Notes under the pieces: generated by a model
Database searches by the model: none
Told to the model about the DNA's origin: nothing
What the model saw: the letters and a program-made list of their open reading frames with translations, nothing else
Source: Phoronis australis
Taxonomy: Eukaryota > Animalia > Phoronida
NCBI GenBank assembly: GCA_002633005.1
Contig: NMRA01000565.1
Location: 7,682 to 71,681, forward strand
Length of the DNA: 64,000 nucleotides
Direction of reading: 5' to 3'
Program-made: the position numbers and the translations under genes
In this document: positions 49,101 through 58,167 of the stretch, one piece after another
How the letters are laid out: each line of letters opens with the position of its first letter
How positions within the stretch are numbered: position 1 is the first letter of the stretch

Positions 49101-51267
49101 GAAATTATCTCAGGTGAATTCATGAAGAAGTTCTACCAAGAGATGGACAAGAAGTTGGCAGAGAATCTGTTGAAGCCGCTGCCCAAGGCACTACCCACTG
49201 TGGGTAACAAGGAGGTGGTTGAACAGTACAAGAACAAACTGAAGCAGGATGGTAGGTATTCACTATGCCCTAGTTTTACGCTTAAGCGTTGAAAAATTGT
49301 GGACGTCTACGAAAATGTAGAATCGAAGCCTTCAAAAAATGGGAAACGGCCATTATTTTTGTCCAAAATTATCAAGGTTTTTCTTTCCACCTACTGTTGT
49401 ACCAGTGTGATGGAAAATGACCCCTTGTTAAAACACTAGTTATTTGGGACATAAACTTGTTCCACTCAGAAACAAAGTGAAGGCCGTGTACTGTACACTT
49501 ACACAAATACAAATGTGAATAAATTATGAAGTTATTTGGTCATACACTTAAATTAGGTTAATGATTAGGATATTATGTTAAGCGGGTTCTGACTTGGTGC
49601 CTATGGTAACCAGTATTATAAGATCATCGTGCTAAAAGGAGAGTCTCGGGGAAAGACAGTTTAATGGGAAATGCCTGATTTTACCCCTAGTGCCAAGCTC
49701 TGGTCAGGCAAATGATTGAAAATGCATTAGCTAAGGTTGGATTTAGATTGAGAAACGAAGGTTCATTATTGTGCTGCTAAGCTGGTAAAAATCAATTTTT
49801 GCTGATATTGTAATGACATTATCAGGAATATGACTATAAATCTTGGCATTATGCCACTTGTTTTGCATGGCTTTAATTGGAAATAACTCAGTTTTTTCTT
49901 GACAGTTCATGACTGTGGGATATTCTAGTATCAGGTATGACATTATGTGGGCTCTACTGTTCTTGCCTCTATCTGTTCCGCTTTGTCACTCTAATGTTAT
50001 TGTTTTTTTTATAGTCTTAAAAGAAAAGGAAACAAACAGTCAAGTAATTAGTAACAAAATAATGGAAAGCAAGAAGCCTAAGACGGCGAAAAAGCCCGCA
50101 AAGAAACCAGCTCACAAGAGCCATCTAGTCGATGTCCCTAAAGACTTGAAGCAGCGTGGTAAATATGACGACGAAGTGAATGAGGATGAACACCTGTATG
50201 TTCAGCCTGTACACCACAACGCGGCGAAGGATACCATCTCTCTGGACGAGGTAGGAGGGCACAGTGTGCTGGCGCAACGCTTGAAGTTGCTGGAGTTTGG
50301 CAAATGAGACAGTCAAATTCTTATTAAAAGTTTCTTTTGTCACTATGAAATTGGTCTCAAGTTGATCCTTAGGCGAATTGGAGGTGATTTTGAGGCTTTG
50401 AAAGAACTGTCAGACGGTTGAGTTATTGCTTGAAGCCATGCTTTGCAGGTTTGCTTGTCACGGGCCTCTCATGTTGCTCAGATCTTTACAAACCATGCTT
50501 TGCAGGTTGGCTTGTCACTGGCCTGTCACGTTCAGATCTTTACAACCCCAGAAACCAAATCTGTTTTCGCTAAGGAACTCATTCAAACCAATTTTATAGC
50601 AATAGGTGTTCCAAATCGAGTTAATTCGATGGAATTTGGATTTCTAAAGGAACAGTTTTCATCCTCACTTGTCACCTGACATCCAAATTACGAACCAAGT
50701 AACTTAAGCGCATTAAATATTATGAAAAGCGTAACGAAGGGCTTTAGCCATGGACAAGAGACACACACAAAATCATTGACCAACACTTCCCATCATTTGG
50801 GCGCTTCATGTTGATCACAGGTGCTCTCTTGTCTTATTTTGATAGTAGAAACTAATGGGTATCATAGGAAGAAAGATTTGTATGTCGGTTTGTTAGAATT
50901 AATCAGCCCGTTTCGTGATCTCCATATTTCAGCCAAAAGGAAACGTCCTTTAATTATAATTGGACCCTACTCATCTCTTCATTTCTCTCACCAGAATGAG
51001 CTGTACGTGTCGAAGGAGACCTCGCCCCACAAGTTAGTCTCAGCCAGCAGCACCACAATCGGCATCGTGGCTGGCGTGCTTGTTGCCTGCGCCGTGATTG
51101 TCGTCGCCATAGTCATGGTTCGCAAGAGGTCGCGGCGCTCACCAGCTGACAACGGATTCGTAGAGGTCAGCCAGGCAGTCTCGCCTGAAGAGAAGCATGT
51201 TATGAGTATGCAAAGCAGCGGCTATGAGAACCCGACTTACAAATTCTTCGAGATGCAGGGCCAGTAG
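19082..51267 (+). CDS. APP: Amyloid-beta precursor protein family (APP/APPL/APL-1-like), complete spliced gene: join(19082-19135,33230-33382,43752-43872,44589-44816,45404-45600,46094-46234,46476-46634,47400-47634,49114-49251,50015-50250,50995-51267)
   Basis: 11 phase-compatible exons total 1935 nt (644 aa + TAG). Signal peptide; E1 GFLD (EPMVAF..W..ILRFCK, IKNWC, VIPYRCL); CuBD (GEFQSEALLVPEGC..GVEYVCCP); E2 (VMKEW, AERKDREHTLKHY, RINQSL); TM; GFVEV and GYENPTYKFFE tail. Confidence 0.93.
22926..22994 (+). repeat. Short direct repeat, 2 x ~29 bp at ~40-bp spacing
   Basis: aaaaccgatcagctgtaaatcacttgacg / aaaactgatcagctgtacatcacttgacg. Confidence 0.8.
23560..23686. repeat. Dispersed repeat; inverted copy of 17-145
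   Basis: cgggtgagaaacaacatgacc...gcaccagaaaatgggactgatgcacctaaaaacatgacc. Confidence 0.75.
26817..27228 (+). mobile_element. MITE family B copy 1 (APP intron 1); direct copy at 36920-37343
   Basis: Colinear with copy 2 (gttgacac.gatcagctgaca..caaattgacaccgcggtg..aaggcggaaaggatcat..tttgctccgtgtcagttgcg..gttgatgtctaaac); imperfect TIRs. Confidence 0.8.
29028..29062 (+). mobile_element. 5' terminal hairpin remnant of the HINE-like family seen at 2872
   Basis: tttttatgcgcccacatatttatatatggacgca is nearly identical to 2872-2905. Confidence 0.7.
29161..29653 (+). mobile_element. PIF/Harbinger-like MITE family A copy 1 (APP intron 1)
   Basis: TIRs aggccctttcatattgac / gttagtatcaaaggccct; 3-bp TSD TAA on both sides; full-length inverted copy at 40702-41195. 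Confidence 0.85.
33230..33382 (+). CDS. APP: APP-like exon 2, GFLD N-terminal half: ALAVGVKVHQEPMVAF...ILRFCKN
   Basis: tttcag acceptor, aac|gtaagt donor; aligns to human EPQIAMFCG..W..ILQYCQE. Confidence 0.9.
36334..36565. mobile_element. MITE with 18-bp inverted ends and an internal ~81-bp-period direct repeat
   Basis: ttaaagctgcatttacac / gtgtaaatgcaactttaa (17/18 complementary); atggtgcaacttaca..tgatc..agcaag.gtgtgtgtaaaca occurs twice. Confidence 0.75.
36920..37343 (+). mobile_element. MITE family B copy 2 (APP intron 2)
   Basis: Ends agtgcctgtttacac / gtctaaaccggact, flanked by TAT on both sides; homologous to 26817-27228. Confidence 0.8.
37720..38480 (+). repeat. 23-bp C-rich minisatellite (ccaggccaccccaggctttacaa)n
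   Basis: About 30 units with degenerate flanks; source of the spurious 214-aa Pro-rich ORF. Confidence 0.95.
40702..41195 (-). mobile_element. PIF/Harbinger-like MITE family A copy 2 (APP intron 2), inverted relative to copy 1
   Basis: Reverse complement of 29161-29653 with scattered substitutions and indels; 3-bp TSD GAA on both sides. Confidence 0.85.
43604..43766 (+). repeat. Direct duplication (97-bp offset) of the APP exon 3 acceptor region
   Basis: agtctaaataatgtattg..atca.taa.cat.tcctgtctatttacagtccttccc.ca.ttgg at 43604 and 43701. Confidence 0.9.
43752..43872 (+). CDS. APP: APP-like exon 3, GFLD C-terminal half: SFPHLDIRNIVEMNEAVVIKNWCIKGKECSAEKVIPYRCL
   Basis: tttacag acceptor, a|gtaagt donor; aligns to human VYPELQITNVVE..IQNWC..VIPYRCL. 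Confidence 0.92.
43851..44078 (+). repeat. 6 x 38-bp tandem repeat spanning the APP exon 3/intron 3 junction
   Basis: Unit gtcatcccctacagatgtctaa|gtaagtccatctacct at 43851, 43889, 43927, 43965, 44003 and 44041; only copies 5 and 6 carry a single substitution each. Confidence 0.97.
44589..44816 (+). CDS. APP: APP-like exon 4, copper-binding domain
   Basis: tag acceptor, g|gtgaga donor; six Cys conserved; GVEYVCCP. Confidence 0.95.
45404..45600 (+). CDS. APP: APP-like exon 5, basic linker plus start of E2 (AYDKY..NFEHQKFKQ)
   Basis: cag acceptor phase 1, cag|gtaggc donor phase 0; C-terminal part aligns to human AVDKY..ENEHAHFQKA. Confidence 0.88.
45613..45676 (+). repeat. 3 x 21-bp tandem repeat just after the APP exon 5 donor
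   Basis: catgacaa(t/c)agttg(a/g)ta(a/t)cgt repeated. Confidence 0.85.
46094..46234 (+). CDS. APP: APP-like exon 6, E2: ALEQVESDHHEKVTSVMKEW...EVTE
   Basis: tgcag acceptor, gag|gtaagg donor. Confidence 0.92.
46476..46634 (+). CDS. APP: APP-like exon 7, E2: RFKKTYQALE...KKPR
   Basis: tgcag acceptor, cgg|gtaggc donor. Confidence 0.92.
47400..47634 (+). CDS. APP: APP-like exon 8, E2: VDAVVKYLERYLHAERKDREHTLKHY...INSRV
   Basis: cccag acceptor, c|gtaagt donor; KDRxHTLKH motif. Confidence 0.93.
49114..49251 (+). CDS. APP: APP-like exon 9: EFMKKFYQEMDKK...KLKQD
   Basis: cag acceptor and g|gtaggt donor, phase 1-1 fits its neighbours; coding-like codon usage. Confidence 0.82.
50015..50250 (+). CDS. 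APP: APP-like exon 10, juxtamembrane linker: VLKEKETN...DTISLDE
   Basis: T-tract and tag acceptor, gag|gtagga donor; phases fit. Confidence 0.8.
50436..50544 (+). repeat. 2 x ~55-bp tandem duplication in the last APP intron
   Basis: ccatgctttgcaggtt.gcttgtcac.ggcct.tca.gtt..cagatctttaca twice. Confidence 0.85.
50995..51267 (+). CDS. APP: APP-like terminal exon, TM and cytoplasmic tail (GYENPTYKFFEMQGQ*)
   Basis: pyrimidine tract and cag acceptor; TM IGIVAGVLVACAVIVVAIVMV followed by RKRSRR; YENPTY. Confidence 0.96.
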   Translation, partial: NELYVSKETSPHKLVSASSTTIGIVAGVLVACAVIVVAIVMVRKRSRRSPADNGFVEVSQAVSPEEKHVMSMQSSGYENPTYKFFEMQGQ

Positions 51268-52084
51268 AGCGCGACAGCATCGCTCGCACGTTCTCTCATT
51301 TTCGATTTTCGTTTGGCCGCAGCGCTGAGTAAGTTGCACAGAACGCGAAGAAAAACTTGTGCATAGAATTTTAATATTTTTATGAAGTTATTTTTTGTTT
51401 TGCACACACAGTTGCTTATTGTGTTCCTCCTTAGTTACGCCCTCAGTTTAGTTTGCTCCATGGTTATGTAGCAAAAACACTCACAGCTCATGTCGTCTGC
51501 ACCAGCTGTATTCCAACGAGAACACATAAGTCTTGTTTTGGGCCTGTAAATTAGCTTTGCAACACCAGAGATTGAAATTGTTTATCATGGTGGCTTTTGA
51601 ATACTATTGTTGTATCATTTTATCTGCAGAGGGAGAGGGTGATTATTCGATTGCTATTTAAATGTAGTTAGTTTTTTGTGTAGTTTTGATTCAACCTGCA
51701 GTCTTAGCTAACCGATGATTGTGCATGATCTTGTTTCCATCATTATGAATTAATAACAAAACAAATGTCCAACTGCTCTGTAAAAGTTTTAATTAATCAA
51801 TAATGATCTTGTGGGCGTAATTTGTAGATTTTCACAGATTTTCCGTGTAGTTGTGTATCAGATAATAAGAATTGGCTTAGCTTGTTGTCTTGTGTCTGTC
51901 CACTTTGATACATCTCTCACTGTCAACTACCCGCTCCAGTGTTAGACAAGCAGTCAGTACGTTTGTGAATGGATAACACCATAGGGGTCCGCTTGCATTT
52001 TTTTAGCTTTGTGATTTTGGCGTGCTGGAGTATCACAAACGTCTTAATATTGATGAGGCTATTGGAGCAAAAACCAGGTTAAAA

Positions 52085-52270
52085 ACACTGGAATAAAATG
52101 ACTTGAGTAGAGCGTAGGACATGCTGAAGCCACACGTAGACCATGCGGTTATTTTTCACGTCACTCTGTTATTTCCCTTCAAGAATTTGAAACAAGTCAG
52201 TTACTGAAGGACCAGCCTGTAAATTCAGTCCCTAAGGCGCCACTAGCGACTTGTCATTTTATTCCAGTGT
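52085..52270. mobile_element. MITE-like element with a perfect 18-bp inverted repeat, in the probable APP 3' UTR
   Basis: acactggaataaaatgac (52085-52102) / gtcattttattccagtgt (52253-52270), flanked by A runs. Confidence 0.7.
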
Positions 52271-54816
52271 AAAAATTGATTTGACAGTTCTCGTGCACTG
52301 TCAATTATCCTGGTGTACAAGCATTGTTCTGTTTTCATAAAACTGTCAGGTTCACCTCTGACTTGCCTGTACCTGGTTGTTGTATCTCTGTAGTAATTGT
52401 GGTTTGTGCATATGTTTTATAAGTGTAACAGCCCAAAAGTTTCCCTGCCAATACTACTCGGGTGTGTGGCGACATCTTTTGGCAGTGAAAAAATCATTTC
52501 AAGCCAAGCCTGTGTATTAGCCGGGAAACTTCAGCGGAAATTTGTGTAACTTTTTTAAGAAAATTCAATAGCCGTTCACGCCCGTCTGAGGCTTTCAGCT
52601 TTTAGGCAACATTCCGAATGGTGATTTTTTATTATTTGCACAGAAAGAAAACTATTTGAGAAACAAGTAACAGTGAAGTATAGCCTGATCTATAGGGATG
52701 TAGTGTTATTGAGATGACACTATACTTTGCTGAAATGCTCATTAGAACTTTGTCAAAATCATTCAGCTCAGAAATTGTCAATAAATCTCGTCACCAAGCT
52801 CGTTTTGTTATCAGTCGAGAATTAGGGAGATCGAAAGTTGACTGCATTGCTTAATGCAGCTATGTACATCGGTTCCATACAAGAAGTGAACTTCTGATGT
52901 ATACCATTTACCAATGTGAAATTGAGACTGTCTCGTTTCTTACTCGGAAGAGAAGTGATTTCAGAGTTTGCAAAGAACTAACTGTTTGTATTTCCTCGAG
53001 ATTGTGTTGAGCGCACCTACATGCTGTGAGGAGCGAATTTGAGAGCTTGGTCTTGAGCAATAATAAGTTGTCAGTTCTTTCAAAGCTCCAAGATCACGTC
53101 CAGTGTTCTGAGTCTGAAAGTGGTTTCCGAGATGGAAGGCCGCTTTAACACATTACTGCTGTAATGTTCGTCTTTAATAATAAACCAGCAGGAATTAAAT
53201 CCTGGAGATACCCTGATAAAGGGGCATTGTTTTAAAATATACTAAACCCTGTTTTGAGGATTTCGACTGATCCGTATCACTTGATAATGCATCAATGACG
53301 TCCCCCGAGTGACATAAGCAGGATTCAACTAAGACTCCTTATGTCACAGGTTGGATTATAGTTCTGGGTTCGTGGGCTTTTCTTGCGGTGAAATTCGCCT
53401 AAAGCGTAGGTCACGCTTGCGGTTTAGAAGATTCTGTAAGGAGTTTTCGGATTATGCTCCAAATATTTTTGGGTTGTCGACTGTTAGGGAATTATTTTTT
53501 TTTTCAAAGAACTAGTGGAAGTTATTTTCAGCATCTTTTAGGCCAAAACCACGGTTGCTATCCTTTTAACTCATTGCCGGTATTGAAGACTGTAAAAAGT
53601 GATTTCTGTTATCGTTACCTGGGACTGAGCAGCTGCCCAACACCGCGCCTATATAACGAACCTCGCCTATAGCAAGGCGCAGGGATACGCCATTTTCTTG
53701 TCAGAAAAATAAAAGGTAGGTTAATTTGCCAGGCTTTGTTTCTCGACCATTTTATTTATGGATTTGGTTAACCTTGGGAATGTACGCATCCATGTATCTA
53801 CCGAAACTTCAGTTTTAACTAGTTAGCTCGATAAATTGTAAGCAGATTTTTGTAAACTAGGTGGAACAGCGTTGATGTCATTAAAAGAGAACAATTTATT
53901 TTTTGGACTCTGAAGTCTTCAAAATCGAATATTGTTTTTGAAACTGTTCTATAACCTGGGACGAGAATTTTGGATGCAGTTTGTGAGGTTTCTTAATCAT
54001 TGTCAACGGGTGTTAAACGGAAACAAGTCTTTGTGATAACGACGTGTTTGTTATAACATTTTTGTGGCCTATCAACAAAATACAAGACTACGTTATATGG
54101 TCACTATACTACAGGTACCGTCATTATAAACTTTCTTTATTATAAATCTGTAGTCAACCCATGTCGACGTCACAGTTCGAGCTGGCTAGACGTTCTAGAC
54201 ACATCTCCGTACAGCCTCTAAATTCAGCTATCGTAAGAAATTCGCTACCCAACATCTACTCTTCAAGCGATGCAACACACTTGAAAAATTTCGTGCTCAA
54301 TAGTCTGCACTCGCACGAAAGCGTAGATGTAACAACACGCAGTTCTCCACAATCCGAAGCTTTTCTTGCTCGAGTGAGTGATGGGTCGGCCTGTCATTCT
54401 TGAGCTCGTTTATCTGCAATCCTCCAACTAGTCAAACATCTATCACACGGCATATTTTTATATATTTCCCGTTTCTCCCAGTTTCGAAATCCGCTGAGTT
54501 GAGAACTCGAAAGGTAAATTGCCATTTCCTAATAATACACCTTGGGACTTACTGCTAGAAAATCGATAGGCCTAAACTACGATTAGTGGAAACGCGCATT
54601 ATGACACAATGAACAAAAGTAGGCCCTACACGGTCGCCATTTATAAGGTGGTTGCAGGATATGAAAGGCCATGAACAACAGGCCCACAAAACCTTCAAGA
54701 AAACAACAGGGAGACACATTTCCCGCTTCATAAGTAGGAAATAGATCTTACCCTAGAGATTTTGAATTTTTTTACATAAACGCTAAAGATACGTGTGTTC
54801 TGATGGTCAAAATTCT

Positions 54817-54826
54817 GGGACTTTCC
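54817..54826 (+). promoter_or_regulatory. Canonical NF-kappaB site GGGACTTTCC in the predicted 5'-UTR intron of LRR-Ig gene 1
   Basis: Exact match to the classical kappaB consensus, starting 77 bp before the ATG; function unproven. Confidence 0.45.
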
Positions 54827-54893
54827 TATCTTTCTGAGCGCGCTGTGTCGCTCTGGCGGAAATACAACTAGGTCGCTCTTCGTTTCAGCAATC

Positions 54894-56672
54894 ATGAAAA
54901 CCCGAAGTAACTTGAAACTCAGTGTTTACATCCTGATAACCCACGTTGCCTCGTCATTTGCATGTCTGGCAAACTGCACTTGCTACCAAGGCTCGACGTT
55001 GTACTGGTGTAAAGGACTGACTGGGATACCGACCAAGTTCAACACTACAGTAGTTGATTTCACGTGCTTTAATTGTCGTCTGGGACGAATCAAAGCCGAC
55101 GACCTGATAGGACTGAAAGAAGCGAAATCCATTCACTTGTCTAACTCAGAAGTAACACACATAGAACCTTACACGTTTTCTTCTTTAAAGAATTTAAACA
55201 GCGTTGATTTGGATAACAATCGTCTTACCACGCTAGATGGGCGCTCTTTCGCAGGATGCGACAAATTGAGGGATCTCTCCGTCAACAGGAATGCAATCAA
55301 GACAATACCACACGGATTGGGGACGCTACGAAATTTGGAATCGTTAATGTTGGAGAGTAACAATCTCGAAGGAATCCCAGAATTTCTGAAGTCTTCAACG
55401 TTTCCAAAATTAGACTATCTTAGCCTCAATGACAACAAGTTGAAAGAAATAAAATCCCACTCTTTCCGTGGCCTGCCAGCTCTGACTGTGCTCTCCCTGC
55501 AGTGGAATAATATACAAACAATTCACAAGAACGCATTTGAAGGTCTTGGCAACTTGGGGACACTAGAACTGCAGGACAACGACATAAAAGACCTTCCTAA
55601 CGGAATTTGGATGCCATTACAGATGCTAAAAGATGTTTATTTTGACCGCAACAGAATATCGAGAATCACTAACAAAATGTTTGAACATTGTGAAAATCTT
55701 TTGGCGCTGTTGCTAGACGACATGAAAACGCCAGTTTTGGACATCGAAAAGAATGCTTTTCAATCGCTTAAGAGCTTATCATTTCTATATTTAAGAAATA
55801 GCGGTCTATCGTTAAAAGACGGCTCAGTGTTTAATTCAATGACCAGTCTCGTACATTTAATACTGTCGGGCAATAATTTCACCCACGTACCCGAAAACAT
55901 AGATTTGCAAAATTTGGAAACTTTAGACGTAAGTGTAAATATGATAACAAAATTATCCAAAATGAATACTCCGAAACTGAAATCATTCACAGCAAGAAGC
56001 AACCAAATAACGAACCTTCCGAATCTCGCTAAACTTGTCAACTCGACTGAGCTTTATCACGTGGATTTCTCTTACAACAGGCTGGCAATGATATCATCCT
56101 CCTCATTTAGTGAGTCTTCCCTTATCCATTTGTATATTTCTGGGAACCAAATTAGAACTTTTCACGAAAACGACCTCAAACCCTTATTTTTAAAAATTCA
56201 TCTTGTCTACATCGACAACAATCCTTTACATTGTAACTGCGAAGCAAAATGGCTTAAATCTTTGGCTTCCGTTTGGTGGACACAATGTAAGACTCCACAC
56301 ACTAAGAAGTTAAAATACGCCAGTTCTTCAGAGCTGACGTGCACGAAACCAACTATAATTTCTAACAGAACTGCAATTTCTAACAACGGCCGGAAATGTC
56401 ATCTGTCCTGCAAAGCAATCGGCGACCCTATCCCAAATGTTCATTGGGAGGTCATGTATATCGTGAAAGGCAAGGTCATGAAAGAGAAAATTGCAATCGC
56501 CAGCAGCAACGCCACCATTTCCATTGGTAGTTTTGGACCAATCGGAGGCATGTATCGAATGGTAAACGTAAATATTGCGCGTGCAAGTCTTCCAGGAGTC
56601 GTTGTAGCGTTCACGTGCAACGCGAGAAATGTAGTTGGAAATACCACTTTTACTTTGCCATTCACATGTTGA
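54894..56672 (+). CDS. Secreted leucine-rich-repeat + Ig-like protein, paralog 1 (592 aa, single coding exon)
   Basis: Signal peptide, LRRNT (CLANCTC), ~16 LxxLxLxxN repeats, LRRCT (NPLHCNCEAKWL..C..C), I-set-like Ig (CKAIGDPIPNVHW..FTCNARNVVG); no TM. Acceptor tttcag ends 5 nt before the ATG; candidate donor aag|gtaaat at 54514. Confidence 0.93.
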   Translation: MKTRSNLKLSVYILITHVASSFACLANCTCYQGSTLYWCKGLTGIPTKFNTTVVDFTCFNCRLGRIKADDLIGLKEAKSIHLSNSEVTHIEPYTFSSLKNLNSVDLDNNRLTTLDGRSFAGCDKLRDLSVNRNAIKTIPHGLGTLRNLESLMLESNNLEGIPEFLKSSTFPKLDYLSLNDNKLKEIKSHSFRGLPALTVLSLQWNNIQTIHKNAFEGLGNLGTLELQDNDIKDLPNGIWMPLQMLKDVYFDRNRISRITNKMFEHCENLLALLLDDMKTPVLDIEKNAFQSLKSLSFLYLRNSGLSLKDGSVFNSMTSLVHLILSGNNFTHVPENIDLQNLETLDVSVNMITKLSKMNTPKLKSFTARSNQITNLPNLAKLVNSTELYHVDFSYNRLAMISSSSFSESSLIHLYISGNQIRTFHENDLKPLFLKIHLVYIDNNPLHCNCEAKWLKSLASVWWTQCKTPHTKKLKYASSSELTCTKPTIISNRTAISNNGRKCHLSCKAIGDPIPNVHWEVMYIVKGKVMKEKIAIASSNATISIGSFGPIGGMYRMVNVNIARASLPGVVVAFTCNARNVVGNTTFTLPFTC

Positions 56673-57185
56673 GTGCGGGGAACATTTTGTGACAACATAG
56701 TTGCATGTTTTAGTGTTGATCAATAAACGAAAACCTACAACAATTTGTTTGTATGTCGTTTCTGTTTCGGCTTCATTTTATACTACTTTTGGGGACGTCT
56801 CTGATTAATTGTGTGTGAAATCATTTTCTAAAACGAGACTTATACAACGTTCACATATATATGCTTACCGTCCGATCAGAAGGCAGATCTGTCGTCTGAA
56901 AAAAATCACATGCAAATCCTCATCAAATATCTGATCTGTTCTCTCTGCCTTAAATCGTCCGCACCCAAATGGGACCGGAGAAGGATGTTGACCTGCCTTC
57001 TTTTACGGTGAGAACAACCATAAGCTATATTCCAATGACAGAACTTGTGGCAAGACTTCGTTCACCCATGGTGACTGCTGGCCAGAATAATATATTGGCA
57101 TTCTGCACATACAATGATATAACTCGTAAGACCCCTGCTGATATAAGAACCCTTTTTGTCGTCTTTTTGATCAGATAACGATATT

Positions 57186-57342
57186 CAGTGCTGTAGTGGT
57201 AAAATTAGATTTAAGATAGGCTCCCAAAGCCCACCGCATCACCTTGAGCACTGAACGTAACTTATGGTGCGTAGGCGCTACGTTCAAATGCCAAAAGGTG
57301 GTTAGCTGTGCCTACGTGCGCCTACGCTCCATTACAGCACTG
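57186..57342. mobile_element. hAT-type MITE between the LRR-Ig paralogs
   Basis: TIRs cagtgctgtagtgg / ccattacagcactg (13/14) with a perfect 8-bp TSD acgatatt (57178-57185, 57343-57350). Confidence 0.88.
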
Positions 57343-58167
57343 ACGATATTTGTCTTGTTCTAGAAATTCTACGAAAGTGGTAACAAAATCAGGATTACTT
57401 ACTGGCATTGTTTCTCGTATGCGTTTCTACAAAACAACCTTCAGAACAAAAACTTAAATGACAACCCAGCTCACGACGCAAGCACAAATTCGAAAAATGT
57501 CGTCACTGCGCCATCTGATGTCCGATTTCTACCATAACAATATACCTCATTGCATGCGTTCGGTAGTGCATGTTCTCACAATCAAACAGTATATCATGAC
57601 ACAGCAACATACAAGGCAAAATTCCAAGTAAAAAAATAAAAATACAGATGCATGATTTTGTCGAAAACCCCTACAACAGGGGTAATAATTCAAATTGCTA
57701 CCACGTGGGAAACATTTGGCTTTTCACACGGCACCGGAGTGACCAAAGCGCCAGCGTCTTTGATAACATTTTCGTGACAGTACTATTGGCAACGGACTGA
57801 TTTTAACAGTTCTATTGATTACGGTAGGATTTTTGCTGAATTTGTTTCAAAGAGATTGTTCACTAGCTGATATACAAAGTTTATTTAGAGACGAATTTTT
57901 CAAAATGAAATCAAGCTACAAAAGGCATACTAGATGAATGGAACGTGACGAACTTTAACACAAAAACTCGTGAGCGATTTTTATCATTCTGTTTACTGAA
58001 ACGTTTGACATCATCGACTAAAAAACTTGTTGTTTCAAACGAATAAATACATTCATCAAATGTATGATGAAGCCGAAGATTTTTTCGGCCAAGGTCAAAT
58101 GTTACGACAGGCATTTCCTACATAAACCATTATACACATCGACTTTTAATATTTCATTTCAGCAATC

